From: a virus
Taxonomy: Duplodnaviria > Heunggongvirae > Uroviricota > Caudoviricetes
Strand: one strand, 5' to 3'
Length of the DNA: 58,308 nucleotides
IMG/VR virus record: IMGVR_UViG_2778261696_000003
Each line of letters begins with the position of its first letter. Position 1 is the stretch's first letter. Made by a program: the position numbers and the translations under genes. Shown piece by piece: positions 9,813 to 22,215 of this stretch. The notes below the pieces were generated by a model that was not told where the DNA came from, did not search any database, and saw nothing but the letters and a program-made list of their open reading frames with translations.

Positions 9813-9823
9813 AACAAGTGACT
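9813..9823 (+). promoter_or_regulatory. Candidate P1-type late promoter element (AACAAGTGACT) upstream of prt
   Basis: Same 11-mer recurs upstream of the lyz operon and the capsid gene (on their coding strands), each followed about 10 bp later by an A/T-rich -10-like hexamer. Confidence 0.3.
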
Positions 9824-9867
9824 AGTGTTAAATTCCGTTCAAACACGATGCGAATTATTCTAATTAA

Positions 9868-12598
<2,731 letters not shown>

Positions 12599-12604
12599 CC
12601 ACCA

Positions 12605-12637
12605 AAAATAACCCCGGCAGCTGCCGGGGTTCTCGTT
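12605..12637. terminator. Bidirectional intrinsic terminator (CCCCGGCAG/CTGCCGGGG stem)
   Basis: Perfect 9-bp GC-rich palindrome followed by T-rich tracts on both strands, between convergent genes. Confidence 0.5.
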
Positions 12638-12642
12638 AACTA

Positions 12643-12903
12643 TTATCGCCTTCGCCTGCGTGCCATATATTTGCGCACCGCGCGGCGTGGACAATCTGAA
12701 GCGGTTTCTTTCTGCTGCATCAATCTCGCAGCCATGCTCAAAAATGTCAGGCACAGCCGAAGCCCGGCATACAATAGCGGTTCCAGTGGCCACGTCTCAT
12801 TGAGCACATATACCGCCATGAAAATCGAGTCAAAAACTATCGCCGCCAGCGATAACTTCATTGTCGAAAGTCGGCGGAGCTGCCGGAGTTTATTCATTGA
12901 CAA
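12643..12903 (-). CDS. Small membrane protein downstream of lyz (lysis-associated), 86 aa
   Basis: Hydrophobic segments and Arg-rich tail; overlaps lyz stop by 14 bp. Confidence 0.4.
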   Translation of the reverse strand: MSMNKLRQLRRLSTMKLSLAAIVFDSIFMAVYVLNETWPLEPLLYAGLRLCLTFLSMAARLMQQKETASDCPRRAVRKYMARRRRR

Positions 12904-13447
12904 GCCCCGTCAGGCAAAGCTGGCGTTCTTTTTCACGGCGAATCTTTAAACCTCGCAGGGGCACGCCGTTACTGTTCACGAAATCAGGGAGATGGTTACA
13001 CATATTCACCCATTCCCCTTTCTGCGCCCACTTGTGGATGGACGTTTCTACTCGCATGCCTCGCGCTTTGCTGTAGTAGGTCCGTAAGCTATTGCATCCC
13101 ATATTGAATGCCGCGCTTGTCATTGCACTGAAGGCATTATCGGGCATGTCTTTGCCCCGGAAGTGCTGATTAATACAGCGTTCAGCGATCAGGATATTCT
13201 TTTCCCAATCAGCGGCGATTTGCTGGTCGGTTTTTCGCACACCCGGCGTTACCCCGTGTGTATTACCGATCCCGTCAGTCCATACCCCCGCCGGGCACAT
13301 GTATGGATCACGTCGGCAACCTTCAGCGTTACCAATCAGCTCAAGCCCCGCCTGGTTGGTTCGCACATTGCCATTACCCATTACGATGGTAATCATCACC
13401 GCGATAGCGCAAATTGCACCGCCTCCTGCGGCTGTTTTTCCCTTCAT
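12890..13447 (-). CDS. lyz: SAR endolysin (lysozyme), 185 aa
   Basis: N-terminal weakly hydrophobic signal-anchor (GGGAICAIAVMITIVMG) then lysozyme-like core (GNAEGCRRDPYMCPAGVWTDGIGNTHG); size equals recalled P1 Lyz. Confidence 0.8.
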   Translation of the reverse strand: MKGKTAAGGGAICAIAVMITIVMGNGNVRTNQAGLELIGNAEGCRRDPYMCPAGVWTDGIGNTHGVTPGVRKTDQQIAADWEKNILIAERCINQHFRGKDMPDNAFSAMTSAAFNMGCNSLRTYYSKARGMRVETSIHKWAQKGEWVNMCNHLPDFVNSNGVPLRGLKIRREKERQLCLTGLVNE

Positions 13448-13545
13448 AAAGACCTCATAAGCGAATTTTTACGCTCCAGGACAAACACCCATTCACAGCC
13501 AATACCGACTGACTCGATCCCTTTAGAAGGCACAGGATAATGCAA

Positions 13546-13558
13546 ATCACTTGTTAGC
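13546..13558 (-). promoter_or_regulatory. Candidate late promoter element upstream of lyz operon (minus strand reads AACAAGTGAT)
   Basis: Motif shared with 9813 and 49896 sites. Confidence 0.3.
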
Positions 13559-13579
13559 TACGTTTCAAAGATATACATT

Positions 13580-13596
13580 ATTGCTCTAATCATTTT
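13580..13596 (+). promoter_or_regulatory. C1-operator-like half match (ATTGCTCTAATcatttt) upstream of ssb
   Basis: First 11 positions match the P1 C1 operator consensus ATTGCTCTAATAAATTT. Confidence 0.35.
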
Positions 13597-13615
13597 ATTT
13601 TATTAGGTAAGATAA

Positions 13616-14104
13616 GTGGCACAACGCGGTGTAAACAAAGTCATCCTGATTGGTACCCTGGGGCAAGACCCGGAGATCAGGTATATACCAAATGGCGGAG
13701 CGGTCGGAAGACTAAGCATCGCAACAAATGAATCATGGCGCGACAAGCAAACGGGCCAACAGAAAGAGCAAACAGAATGGCATAGAGTCGTTTTGTTCGG
13801 GAAACTTGCTGAAATTGCGAGTGAGTATTTACGAAAAGGTTCTCAGGTCTACATCGAAGGGAAACTTAAAACCCGTAAGTGGACAGATGACGCCGGTGTA
13901 GAACGTTACACGACGGAAATTATCGTCAACCAGGGCGGCACCATGCAAATGATCGGCGCTCGCCGTGACGATTCACAGTCCTCAAATGGCTGGGGGCAAT
14001 CGAACCAACCTCAAAACCACCAGCAATACAGTGGTGGCGGTAAACCTCAGAGCAACGCCAATAACGAACCTCCAATGGACTTTGACGACGATATTCCGTT
14101 TTAG
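13616..14104 (+). CDS. ssb: Single-stranded DNA-binding protein, 162 aa
   Basis: Classic SSB N-terminal OB-fold sequence ([19 protein letters not shown]...), Gly/Gln-rich linker and acidic tail DDDIPF. Confidence 0.9.
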   Translation: MAQRGVNKVILIGTLGQDPEIRYIPNGGAVGRLSIATNESWRDKQTGQQKEQTEWHRVVLFGKLAEIASEYLRKGSQVYIEGKLKTRKWTDDAGVERYTTEIIVNQGGTMQMIGARRDDSQSSNGWGQSNQPQNHQQYSGGGKPQSNANNEPPMDFDDDIPF

Positions 14105-14306
14105 AGTTTATGAGTAAAAAACGACTGAAAGAAAAGCGGTGGTCAAGACGCCGACAAAAGCACGAACTCGCAAACAAACGCCAAAGTTGGCAATGGCACG
14201 CGCTTTTAACGAATAGAACACCCCGAGATATTGCTTTCGCTGGTGGGAAAACATTCCTAACCAACCTGAAGGCGCAATACATCAGTTTTTAAGCAGAGAA
14301 AAGACT

Positions 14307-15101
14307 ATGACAGCACAAAATACTAAAACCATTCAATACCGCCTGCGTAATGGCCAGAGTGTAGAAGTGACCATCAATAATGATGGTGTACCTGGCGAAA
14401 AGGTTTCGATCTCTGATCTGGCTATCGAAAAAACCATCATGTGCCACCTTGGCTTTACTGAAGAAGTGAGCAAAAAGCATGGTGTAGCTATCTGGCGCAC
14501 AATGGATACTGGCATGCGCAGATTCATTACTGCTCGTACCCCTGGTATGACCATGATGGACCTCATACAGATTGCGCCGCTGTTTGAGTGTGAACCTTTG
14601 GATGTATTCAGCAATCCAGCTATCTGCCAGCAGTTATATGGTGAGATGAAACTCGCGGTTACCCCCATTGTGCTGCATGAAGGATCGCTTGCTGGCGTAT
14701 GGAAAGTAGAGCGAATTTCAAGCTACATGCCATTCCACATCCATGTCAACGGCGTAATCGCAGGTGAAAATCAACCTGTTTCCGTTATAAAGTCAGACCT
14801 CAATCGCGCAATTCTTGAAGCAAGTTGTCGAGTTATCGGCCTGGGCAAACAGTCTTATGTTTCCTTCCCGGCTGGTCCTGAAGGCCCGGCAGAAATTCTG
14901 ATTATGGATGCTGATCTGCTCTGGCAAATACAGTTTCTGATTGGCAAAAGCATCATCCGTGCTGAAGAACTCGATCAGTACATTACCTGCACGATGACGG
15001 ATGAAGTCAAAAGTGTGGCTATAGCCAATGCCCGGAACCTGTGTCGTGCTGCATTAACAGAACCGCAAGAAAACATTCCAGAAGAAACAGAAAGTGACTA
15101 A
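14307..15101 (+). CDS. Hypothetical protein, 264 aa (accessory locus between ssb and ddrB)
   Basis: Long ORF with AGAGAAAAG upstream; followed by a GC hairpin; no recognisable motifs. Confidence 0.5.
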   Translation: MTAQNTKTIQYRLRNGQSVEVTINNDGVPGEKVSISDLAIEKTIMCHLGFTEEVSKKHGVAIWRTMDTGMRRFITARTPGMTMMDLIQIAPLFECEPLDVFSNPAICQQLYGEMKLAVTPIVLHEGSLAGVWKVERISSYMPFHIHVNGVIAGENQPVSVIKSDLNRAILEASCRVIGLGKQSYVSFPAGPEGPAEILIMDADLLWQIQFLIGKSIIRAEELDQYITCTMTDEVKSVAIANARNLCRAALTEPQENIPEETESD

Positions 15102-15298
15102 TAAAAACCCCGTCAGTTGGCGGGGAACTCCACGTCAAATGGCCAATTGTTATGTCAGCTAGCAGTTAAAGCGCCTAGTCATCATCTTTTAAAGAAGTCT
15201 TTTTAACTTACCTAAATTAGTGACACCTCCCGTTTTGCTTGCTATTGTACGCATTCATGAATCTATTCATTAATCTATTCACAATAGTAATTAAAACT

Positions 15299-16603
15299 AT
15301 GGCTATACATGCAACAACAATCCGTAATTTGCTCAATCAAGGTCCTATGACACCAAGACAATTGGTTGAAAGACTAGGTGTTAGCCAACCAACGATATCT
15401 AGAGCATTAAGAGATCTTGGTGATGAAATCGTTAGGATCGGAAATGGAAGATCTATTCAATATGCTTTACGAGACTCTTTTAGAGGATTCGAATCAGTCC
15501 CCATTTATCGTATAACTGAAGAGGGGTGTATTTGCGTTCTTGGTACTCTCATTCCGGTGAGGCCAGAAGGCTATGTTATGGTTGAGGAAGGGAAAAATAA
15601 CAGGCATAGCGATGGGTTACCTTGGTGGTTATTTGATATGCGTCCACAAGGCTTCCTTGGAAGAGCATATGCATCAGCATATGCTCTTGAACTTAACCTT
15701 CCCTCAAATCCAGAGCAATGGTCAGATACTGACGTGATCAAAGCCTTACTTAAGCATGGGCATGATGTTGTTGGTAATTTGTTAATTGGAGAGCAAGCAC
15801 GCACGCATTTTTTAGAGATGCAGCCTCCTGTTCCTGTTAATCGTGAAAGTGAATATCCTGTATTAGCTTTAGCTGCTGGTGAAGGTGATGTGCCCGGTTC
15901 ATCTGCTGGAGGTGAACAACCCAAATTTTGTACTTTCACAGAGCGTGGACATGTATTAGTGAAATTCTCTGCGCCTAACGACACCCCTATAAGTGAGCGT
16001 TGGAGAGATCTCTTGTTTGCTGAACATCTCGCATTAAAAGTTCTGGGGGTAGAAACAGAAGTTTTTGATTATAACGGTCAGAGATTCTTGGAAATTCCCC
16101 GATTTGATCGTGTTGGTCAACTAGGTCGGGTAGGTGTATTCTCACTTCGTGCACTTGATGCAGAATTTGTTGGGAATGCAAGAGCAACATGGCCCTTGCT
16201 GGTTAAAGAGTTGGTAAAAAATAAGTGCGTCCATCCTGATGCGATTATTATAGCAACAAGGCTATGGTCTTTTGGTTTGCTAATAGGCAATACCGATATG
16301 CATAATGGTAACCTATCGTTTATTAGTAGCCACGGACGCCCATATCATATTGCTCCAGCCTATGACATGTTACCTATGGGTTTTGCTCCACGCTCTGGGG
16401 GAGCAATATCTAATGAGCTTAGAAAAACAGCACTACCAGACTTTGTAAGTCGAAAAATATGGGATGAATCTCTTGAATTGGCTGAAAAATTTTATGCATT
16501 GGCCTGTGAGTCCGACAAATTCTCAGCTAACTTTACTCCATGTTTAGAAGCGCTACGCATCCACCTAGATGATTGTAAGATACGCATAGCCCGCCTGGCA
16601 TAA
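15299..16603 (+). CDS. HTH-HipA fusion Ser/Thr kinase (YjjJ/HipH-like HipA-family toxin)
   Basis: N-terminal HTH (TPRQLVERLGVSQPTISRALRDL), HipA-like core motifs (QPKFCTF...VLVKF; FDYNGQRFLEIPRFDRV; GNTDMHNGNLSF with DxHxxN catalytic loop). Start uncertain: TTG 15239, ATG 15257 or ATG 15299. Confidence 0.7.
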   Translation: MAIHATTIRNLLNQGPMTPRQLVERLGVSQPTISRALRDLGDEIVRIGNGRSIQYALRDSFRGFESVPIYRITEEGCICVLGTLIPVRPEGYVMVEEGKNNRHSDGLPWWLFDMRPQGFLGRAYASAYALELNLPSNPEQWSDTDVIKALLKHGHDVVGNLLIGEQARTHFLEMQPPVPVNRESEYPVLALAAGEGDVPGSSAGGEQPKFCTFTERGHVLVKFSAPNDTPISERWRDLLFAEHLALKVLGVETEVFDYNGQRFLEIPRFDRVGQLGRVGVFSLRALDAEFVGNARATWPLLVKELVKNKCVHPDAIIIATRLWSFGLLIGNTDMHNGNLSFISSHGRPYHIAPAYDMLPMGFAPRSGGAISNELRKTALPDFVSRKIWDESLELAEKFYALACESDKFSANFTPCLEALRIHLDDCKIRIARLA

Positions 16604-16610
16604 ACAACAA

Positions 16611-16636
16611 ATCCCGCCGATTGGCGGGATTTCTTC
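16611..16636. terminator. Bidirectional intrinsic terminator (ATCCCGCC-GATT-GGCGGGAT then TTCTTC)
   Basis: 8-bp GC stem with T-rich flanks on both strands between convergent genes. Confidence 0.55.
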
Positions 16637-16943
16637 AATATACGATCTGGTCTGCATGATCACCAAAATCATCGTCGTCGTCCTCATCGCCACCATCTAC
16701 TGCTGGCCAATCAACAAACCAGCCAGCGTAAAGATGCAGCGTTCGGAGAACATCACTTGCGGGAGCATCAAGGGTGTTAACGAATCCCATATAGCTATTG
16801 GGATTTGCCCCAGCTATGGCTTCAGCGATCATGTCCTCGGTAATGTCACCGGAGATAATGCTTAAACGCCCGGAAACTTCTTCATTATCATCAAATTCGA
16901 TAATGGCATCTCCGCCTAATGGCGCTGCGATTTTAATCTGCAT
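16635..16943 (-). CDS. Small highly acidic protein, 102 aa (last gene of the ddrB operon)
   Basis: C-terminus DGGDEDDDDDFGDHADQ; overlaps ddrB stop by 11 bp. Confidence 0.45.
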   Translation of the reverse strand: MQIKIAAPLGGDAIIEFDDNEEVSGRLSIISGDITEDMIAEAIAGANPNSYMGFVNTLDAPASDVLRTLHLYAGWFVDWPAVDGGDEDDDDDFGDHADQIVY

Positions 16944-19920
16944 TATTTAGCTCCTTTGCCACACCTAATAACAGTTCCAGCAATCCGTCACCATTCATCA
17001 GTGATGCGGCAGCGGCCTCTTTGTCATGATACAACTGAAGAGCCATAGAGAATACTTCCGTTGCTGACGTTTTGGAAATAGTCGGTGATTTCTGCCGAAT
17101 TTTCCCGGTGTTACTTACTGAGGCTGGCGGGTATACCTTCGCCATATAAATATTACTCAATCGAGATCTGAAGCACCATTCAGGCTTGCCACGCCCACCG
17201 ATATTAACGAAAGATGGCTTATCCCCTTCAACATTGGCCTTCAGGAATGACCGGGCTTTCTCTAACAAACCAGGGTTACTGTACTCAAGATGATGACCCA
17301 GCTCGTGCCACAGTGCACTTGCATTTTCATCGTTCAAATTGACAGCAACAACACCATTAAGATTTGCATATGCCCTTCCCTGGTGGTGAACCACCTTTGA
17401 TAAGGTCGATATTTTCCCGCCGGTCAGGCGATAAATATCAGCAAGTTCCTTGCGCAGGTCTATCCCACCACTCTGTCCAGCGCGGGCTTCTTCCACTTCT
17501 TCCGTGATAAAAGAGTCGGCCCACTCAAGAGCTTTTTCTTCAGATACGGATGAGTTGGCTATCGCACTATTCATGGCAGATAACACTTTCTCGTGGACCG
17601 AACCCATACTTCGCTGATTCATTTGCCAGCGTGTCTGCGGGTTATATGAGAATCGCTTAAGTAGTTGGTCAAGATGCTCAAGTTCTTCTTCGCTGACATA
17701 CTTTTTAGCCTCACCAATAATGCCGGGGAGAATATTGCCGTTAGGATTAAACGCTCGCGAAAGGAAGAGTTTCAGCGCCCCCATGCCCTCCGATGCTTCA
17801 ATATCACCAATAACACGGTTAACAATGGCCGCACTCTTCGGATTAGCATCCGCCAACGCTCTGGCTACGATTTGCAGGGACGATACGACCTCACGCTGCA
17901 TATCAGTCCTGATCTCATCAATAAACTCTGGCGTTATGCCGTGCTCTTTAAGGATATCCCTGCCTTCCGCCGTTACCCCATCGATATCACCGACATGTTT
18001 ATTAACCTGACTTTGCAATGCCTTAAATGCCTTCAGAATTCCACGGGCATCATCAGCTTTACTAACGGCCTTCCTGAATGCTGGCAAGAAGTCAGAGTTA
18101 ACCTCATTTTGTTGATCGGCCCACTGAATGGAGGCTTCTTTCATCTCGTCCAGAGTCAGATCACCCAACGCGGTATGGTCTGTGAATATGAGCGACAACC
18201 TCTGAACCATTTCTGCCAATGGTGATGCCGAATGCGCCGCGCTAAGGAATGCTTTCACCCTGGTTGGGCGAATGGAAAACCAGTCAATAGCTGGTGGCAT
18301 ATCTCCGTTTTTTATCGCCTGCGCTATCTCGTCAAAGCCATCGCGCCCAAGGGAGGATGCGTGATTTAACAAGCCGCGAAGTAACGAATTGCTGATACCG
18401 AATAATCGGCACCATTTTTTCACGTCGGCAACAGGCATTCGAACAAAATGCGCAAGCACTTGTACAAGCTGTTCATCCTGGGGATCTGTGCGGGAAAGCA
18501 GCCTGATCAGATGAATAATGTCTTTGATGCCGGATGCCCGATGTAATAGCAAACTGGTATACGGAGCAACACCGTTGTAACTACCGCCGGAAACGGACTC
18601 GAAAAGACCGCCGGATATCCCTTGCATGCCTTCGTTTTCCAGTTCCTGAGACACCTGGCGAAGGATATCCTGTAACGACACATCACCACCGCCAAACATA
18701 TCCCCCAGCGCCTGGCCCTGGTGCTGTAACTCATCATTGATACGTTGAGCCATCAATTTAAAGGCGGTGGCCATACGCTTCGCGCTACGGTTATTCGCGA
18801 CGATGAACAACGCGAGCGCTTTCACTTCCGGGGCTGTTTCGCTGAACATATCCCCCTGAGCAATAACATCGATAATATGTTGGCCTGACTCCTTCGATTG
18901 CCTTACCAGGTCTACCGCATCTTTCAATGCCGCCAGCGCCTTTTTATCGAGACTATCCGCTGTCTCAATACCATCAACAATAGTTGTCACAGCCTGCTTG
19001 TGCGCTTCTCCTGATAAAGCCTGCATCTGGACAAAATCATTGGCTGCCGCATTAAGCGCCGTCAGAACATTACGCATATCCGGATCAGGTTCTTCTGCAA
19101 CCATCCTTACCAGGCGCGCATCCTTATATGCCTTGGCAAAGATCGCGTTTTGTATACGGTCTACAAGTTGCCGTGTTGGTCGCCCATCTTCCGTTACAAG
19201 GCCAGCAGCCTGTGTGGCACCAACTTGCGTCATGAATCCGCGAATAAACGCGTCATTACTGCGGCTAAGCAGATCTCCGCTTTCTGATGGGTTAAACAGC
19301 GTCATCATCGCCGGAGTTATGCTGTCAGCATCAACAAAAGCCTTTTCACTGGCTGCCATTTCCTGAAGATCAGAAATATTTGAGTCCTTGGCAAACTGAA
19401 CGCGGTCAACCTTAGTTAACCGGCGGCGCACCAGTACCGGAGCCGCCATTGATTCAACCTTTTCAGGTCGTATGCCGAATTCGGTCGCATGATCAATCAG
19501 GTACTCACGATACCGATCCGCATTGCCGTCCTGATAGGCTTTGATGATCCCCATGGTCCGTCCATTACCTGACTCAACGGCATTGTCCTCACCAATTATC
19601 GGCGCGCCATGGCTGGATAAACCGGAATCGGTAAGCTGGGCAGGACGCAAATCCTTGGATATCTGGTTGACCTGAAGAAGACTGGATGCGCGGGTCCGGT
19701 CGCGCGGCTGAAGTTCCTGGGGATAGTCAGGGTTAATTTTCCCGTCCAGAGTATTGGATACCAAAAGAGCTGAGGCATCGACGATATCAAACGCTGTTTT
19801 TACCTCGTCTCCCTTCGCTGTCACCACATACGAAACCCGCCCGTAATTGGGCAGGTTTTTTAGCAGCTCGATCAGCGTTTCTATGCTGGTGGCCATTACC
19901 ACCTGATCGCTTAAGCTCAT
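16933..19920 (-). CDS. ddrB: DdrB-like protein, 995 aa (Dar anti-restriction operon)
   Basis: Position after darA-ddrA in a tightly packed operon; synteny with P1 darA operon. Confidence 0.5.
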   Translation of the reverse strand: MSLSDQVVMATSIETLIELLKNLPNYGRVSYVVTAKGDEVKTAFDIVDASALLVSNTLDGKINPDYPQELQPRDRTRASSLLQVNQISKDLRPAQLTDSGLSSHGAPIIGEDNAVESGNGRTMGIIKAYQDGNADRYREYLIDHATEFGIRPEKVESMAAPVLVRRRLTKVDRVQFAKDSNISDLQEMAASEKAFVDADSITPAMMTLFNPSESGDLLSRSNDAFIRGFMTQVGATQAAGLVTEDGRPTRQLVDRIQNAIFAKAYKDARLVRMVAEEPDPDMRNVLTALNAAANDFVQMQALSGEAHKQAVTTIVDGIETADSLDKKALAALKDAVDLVRQSKESGQHIIDVIAQGDMFSETAPEVKALALFIVANNRSAKRMATAFKLMAQRINDELQHQGQALGDMFGGGDVSLQDILRQVSQELENEGMQGISGGLFESVSGGSYNGVAPYTSLLLHRASGIKDIIHLIRLLSRTDPQDEQLVQVLAHFVRMPVADVKKWCRLFGISNSLLRGLLNHASSLGRDGFDEIAQAIKNGDMPPAIDWFSIRPTRVKAFLSAAHSASPLAEMVQRLSLIFTDHTALGDLTLDEMKEASIQWADQQNEVNSDFLPAFRKAVSKADDARGILKAFKALQSQVNKHVGDIDGVTAEGRDILKEHGITPEFIDEIRTDMQREVVSSLQIVARALADANPKSAAIVNRVIGDIEASEGMGALKLFLSRAFNPNGNILPGIIGEAKKYVSEEELEHLDQLLKRFSYNPQTRWQMNQRSMGSVHEKVLSAMNSAIANSSVSEEKALEWADSFITEEVEEARAGQSGGIDLRKELADIYRLTGGKISTLSKVVHHQGRAYANLNGVVAVNLNDENASALWHELGHHLEYSNPGLLEKARSFLKANVEGDKPSFVNIGGRGKPEWCFRSRLSNIYMAKVYPPASVSNTGKIRQKSPTISKTSATEVFSMALQLYHDKEAAAASLMNGDGLLELLLGVAKELNNAD

Positions 19921-19932
19921 CCCTGTTACGCC

Positions 19933-20298
19933 TTACTCTGCCTCTTTAATGTTGGCGGCTATCCATGCCGCCGTGTGCTGTTTAACCTGGTCCAGATCGA
20001 TGTATGTGCCAACATATTGACTCAAGTCCTGCAACGTACCGATAAATGCATCGGTGCTCTGATCGACGAATTTATCAGCCAGGAAATCAGCAACCAGTTT
20101 TGGCACACCATCATGTACCGAAGGTTGTTTTTCCTCGCCACTACTGCCGCCGGACACACCGTACCCCATCTGTTGCATGATCTGGTCAATTTCATCGCTG
20201 ATATCCAGCAACTCCATGCCACTCGCGGTAGCCGCTTTGGACATCAGAGCATCCAACTTATCGCTGAGATCCATTAACTCAATAGCTGATAGTGTCAT
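19933..20298 (-). CDS. ddrA: DdrA-like protein, 121 aa
   Basis: Synteny; 4-bp overlap with darA-like gene. Confidence 0.45.
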   Translation of the reverse strand: MTLSAIELMDLSDKLDALMSKAATASGMELLDISDEIDQIMQQMGYGVSGGSSGEEKQPSVHDGVPKLVADFLADKFVDQSTDAFIGTLQDLSQYVGTYIDLDQVKQHTAAWIAANIKEAE

Positions 20299-22214
20299 GC
20301 CGCTACCCCCGCTTTCTGGATTGCTACCAACAGATCAGCCAGGTGGCGAGCTGCGCCGTTAACCAGCTCTTCGTTTTCCTCAAAACGTCCGGCAGCCTGA
20401 AGGGCTGCAATCGCTTCCCGGACATTGCCCCGGGCGTTACGGATCTCCGCCATGTCAGTGCTTTGTATATCCATCACGTTATTGAGATATTCAATGGCTT
20501 TATTAGCCTCTGCATCTGCTTCGCTAACCGTTTCATCAGGCTGTGCCGGGGCCGGTTCTGGCTGAGTAATCTCACCGACTTCGGCCTGCAATGCATTGAT
20601 CATGCTCTGCACCATTTTCTCGGTGCCAGCGCCCCCAGGAAACGCAATATTGGGGAAAGTTTTTTGAAACTGAGTTTTCAGCATTACGCGGAACTCGTCT
20701 GGTGAGCTGGTGGCCAGCTCCAGAGCTTTTTGTGCATATTTGCCAAACGGACCATTAGTAAGTGTCTTCGCCAGGAAGTCGAAAGAATCCTCGCGAGGCA
20801 ATAACTTCAGGTCGTACTCACTCATTTGCTGATCAGAAAGCGGGGTATCGTAAGTAGCAATGCCGTAGCGTGCATATTCATAATACGGGTCACCTTCATC
20901 AGGGCGCGGCAGAATTGCTTTGTTACCTTCAGGTATTGCGCCAGGGGCCGCCGGACGCATTTGCAAGGCATATCGATATGCACCTACAGAGACTTCTGGT
21001 TCAGGCGAAGAGCTACCGGTATCCTCCGCTGGTTCAGGTTCGACGTTTTCCGGTTTATGTTCTTCTGGTTGGACCAGATATTCCGATACATTACCCGCTT
21101 TGTAGGCTTTAAACAGCTTGCCGATCGCATCTGCCATGTCCACACCCTGTATGGATTTAGCCTTGATCATGTACACGCTGCCATCCGAATCGGTTAACTG
21201 GATATACCCTTCGCCGTCCTCAATGAATTGCTTCATTGATGCTCCATTACTGAGCGTCACTTCCCCGTTCATATGCATACGATTTTTGATACTGGCAAGG
21301 CGATCCGTCAGCGCGCGCGAGTGCCCACCAGTCATCCCCGCTGGATCAATGGTATCGCGCCCACCTGTGCGATTGAGCTGATCAATCTCCGTCTGCAAAC
21401 GCTCATTCTCTTCATAAAGAGAATCCGCTTCCGATGCAACAGCGTTAATTTTCTGCTCCAGATCTACCTTCTGCCCTTCTACCGCTGCCACCTGATCCGC
21501 GAGGTCGCTCATGGCATCCTCTTTCTGGTCACTGTCAGCCTGTAGTTGGGTTATTTCATCAACCAGGGCTTTTTTCTTCTTCTGCGCACGCTGGAATTTT
21601 GCCGAGTTTTTCTCTGCAAGGTTGGCAAGTTTCATGGTGACCTGCGCCAGCGTCATATCACGTCCACTCATCGGAGCAACGGTGTGAGTAACGTCTTTTT
21701 TATTCAGTAAGAACTGGAAAGCAACCAGCGTATCGCTATTGGTGATCCGGTTTTCCGCTGTCGGGCTATGAAACAGAATGCTGATAGTCTGACCATCACT
21801 GAGCGGAATAATGGCTGGCAGGACCGGCAGCCCGTTAACGTTACGTGCCCGGCCAATTTCAGCACCGCCGATCGCGCGCGCGCCGCTCTGGGCCACCTCC
21901 CCCGTTTTATCACTCCCCGCAGAGATTCCGGTACCATTCAGCTTCTGGTTCAATGCCCGGACAAATGCCTGCATGGTCCGGTGTAACTGCAAACGAGTAG
22001 AACTAATCGCCTCCAGTAAATCCGTAGCACACCAGTGGATCGGCGTGTCATAGAAGAACGTAGCCTCGATTTCCTCCAGGGTGTTGGATTCCGTCATCAG
22101 ATAGCGGTCCTCACCGGCCATTAATGCGCGATATTCATCATCAGTCACTGGCGGGGGAAGCACGTCAAGCCCAGGCTTGATCGTCACCCCTTTATTGATA
22201 TTTAACTGTTCCAT
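20295..22214 (-). CDS. darA: DarA-like internal head/anti-restriction protein, 639 aa
   Basis: Synteny and size; coiled-coil-rich sequence. Confidence 0.55.
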   Translation of the reverse strand: MEQLNINKGVTIKPGLDVLPPPVTDDEYRALMAGEDRYLMTESNTLEEIEATFFYDTPIHWCATDLLEAISSTRLQLHRTMQAFVRALNQKLNGTGISAGSDKTGEVAQSGARAIGGAEIGRARNVNGLPVLPAIIPLSDGQTISILFHSPTAENRITNSDTLVAFQFLLNKKDVTHTVAPMSGRDMTLAQVTMKLANLAEKNSAKFQRAQKKKKALVDEITQLQADSDQKEDAMSDLADQVAAVEGQKVDLEQKINAVASEADSLYEENERLQTEIDQLNRTGGRDTIDPAGMTGGHSRALTDRLASIKNRMHMNGEVTLSNGASMKQFIEDGEGYIQLTDSDGSVYMIKAKSIQGVDMADAIGKLFKAYKAGNVSEYLVQPEEHKPENVEPEPAEDTGSSSPEPEVSVGAYRYALQMRPAAPGAIPEGNKAILPRPDEGDPYYEYARYGIATYDTPLSDQQMSEYDLKLLPREDSFDFLAKTLTNGPFGKYAQKALELATSSPDEFRVMLKTQFQKTFPNIAFPGGAGTEKMVQSMINALQAEVGEITQPEPAPAQPDETVSEADAEANKAIEYLNNVMDIQSTDMAEIRNARGNVREAIAALQAAGRFEENEELVNGAARHLADLLVAIQKAGVAA

Positions 22215-22215
22215 G

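Noticed and set aside
14110-14292. 60-aa Lys/Arg-rich ORF between ssb and the 264-aa gene
   Set aside because: No RBS and low-complexity basic composition; probably non-coding leader, though a small basic protein cannot be excluded.
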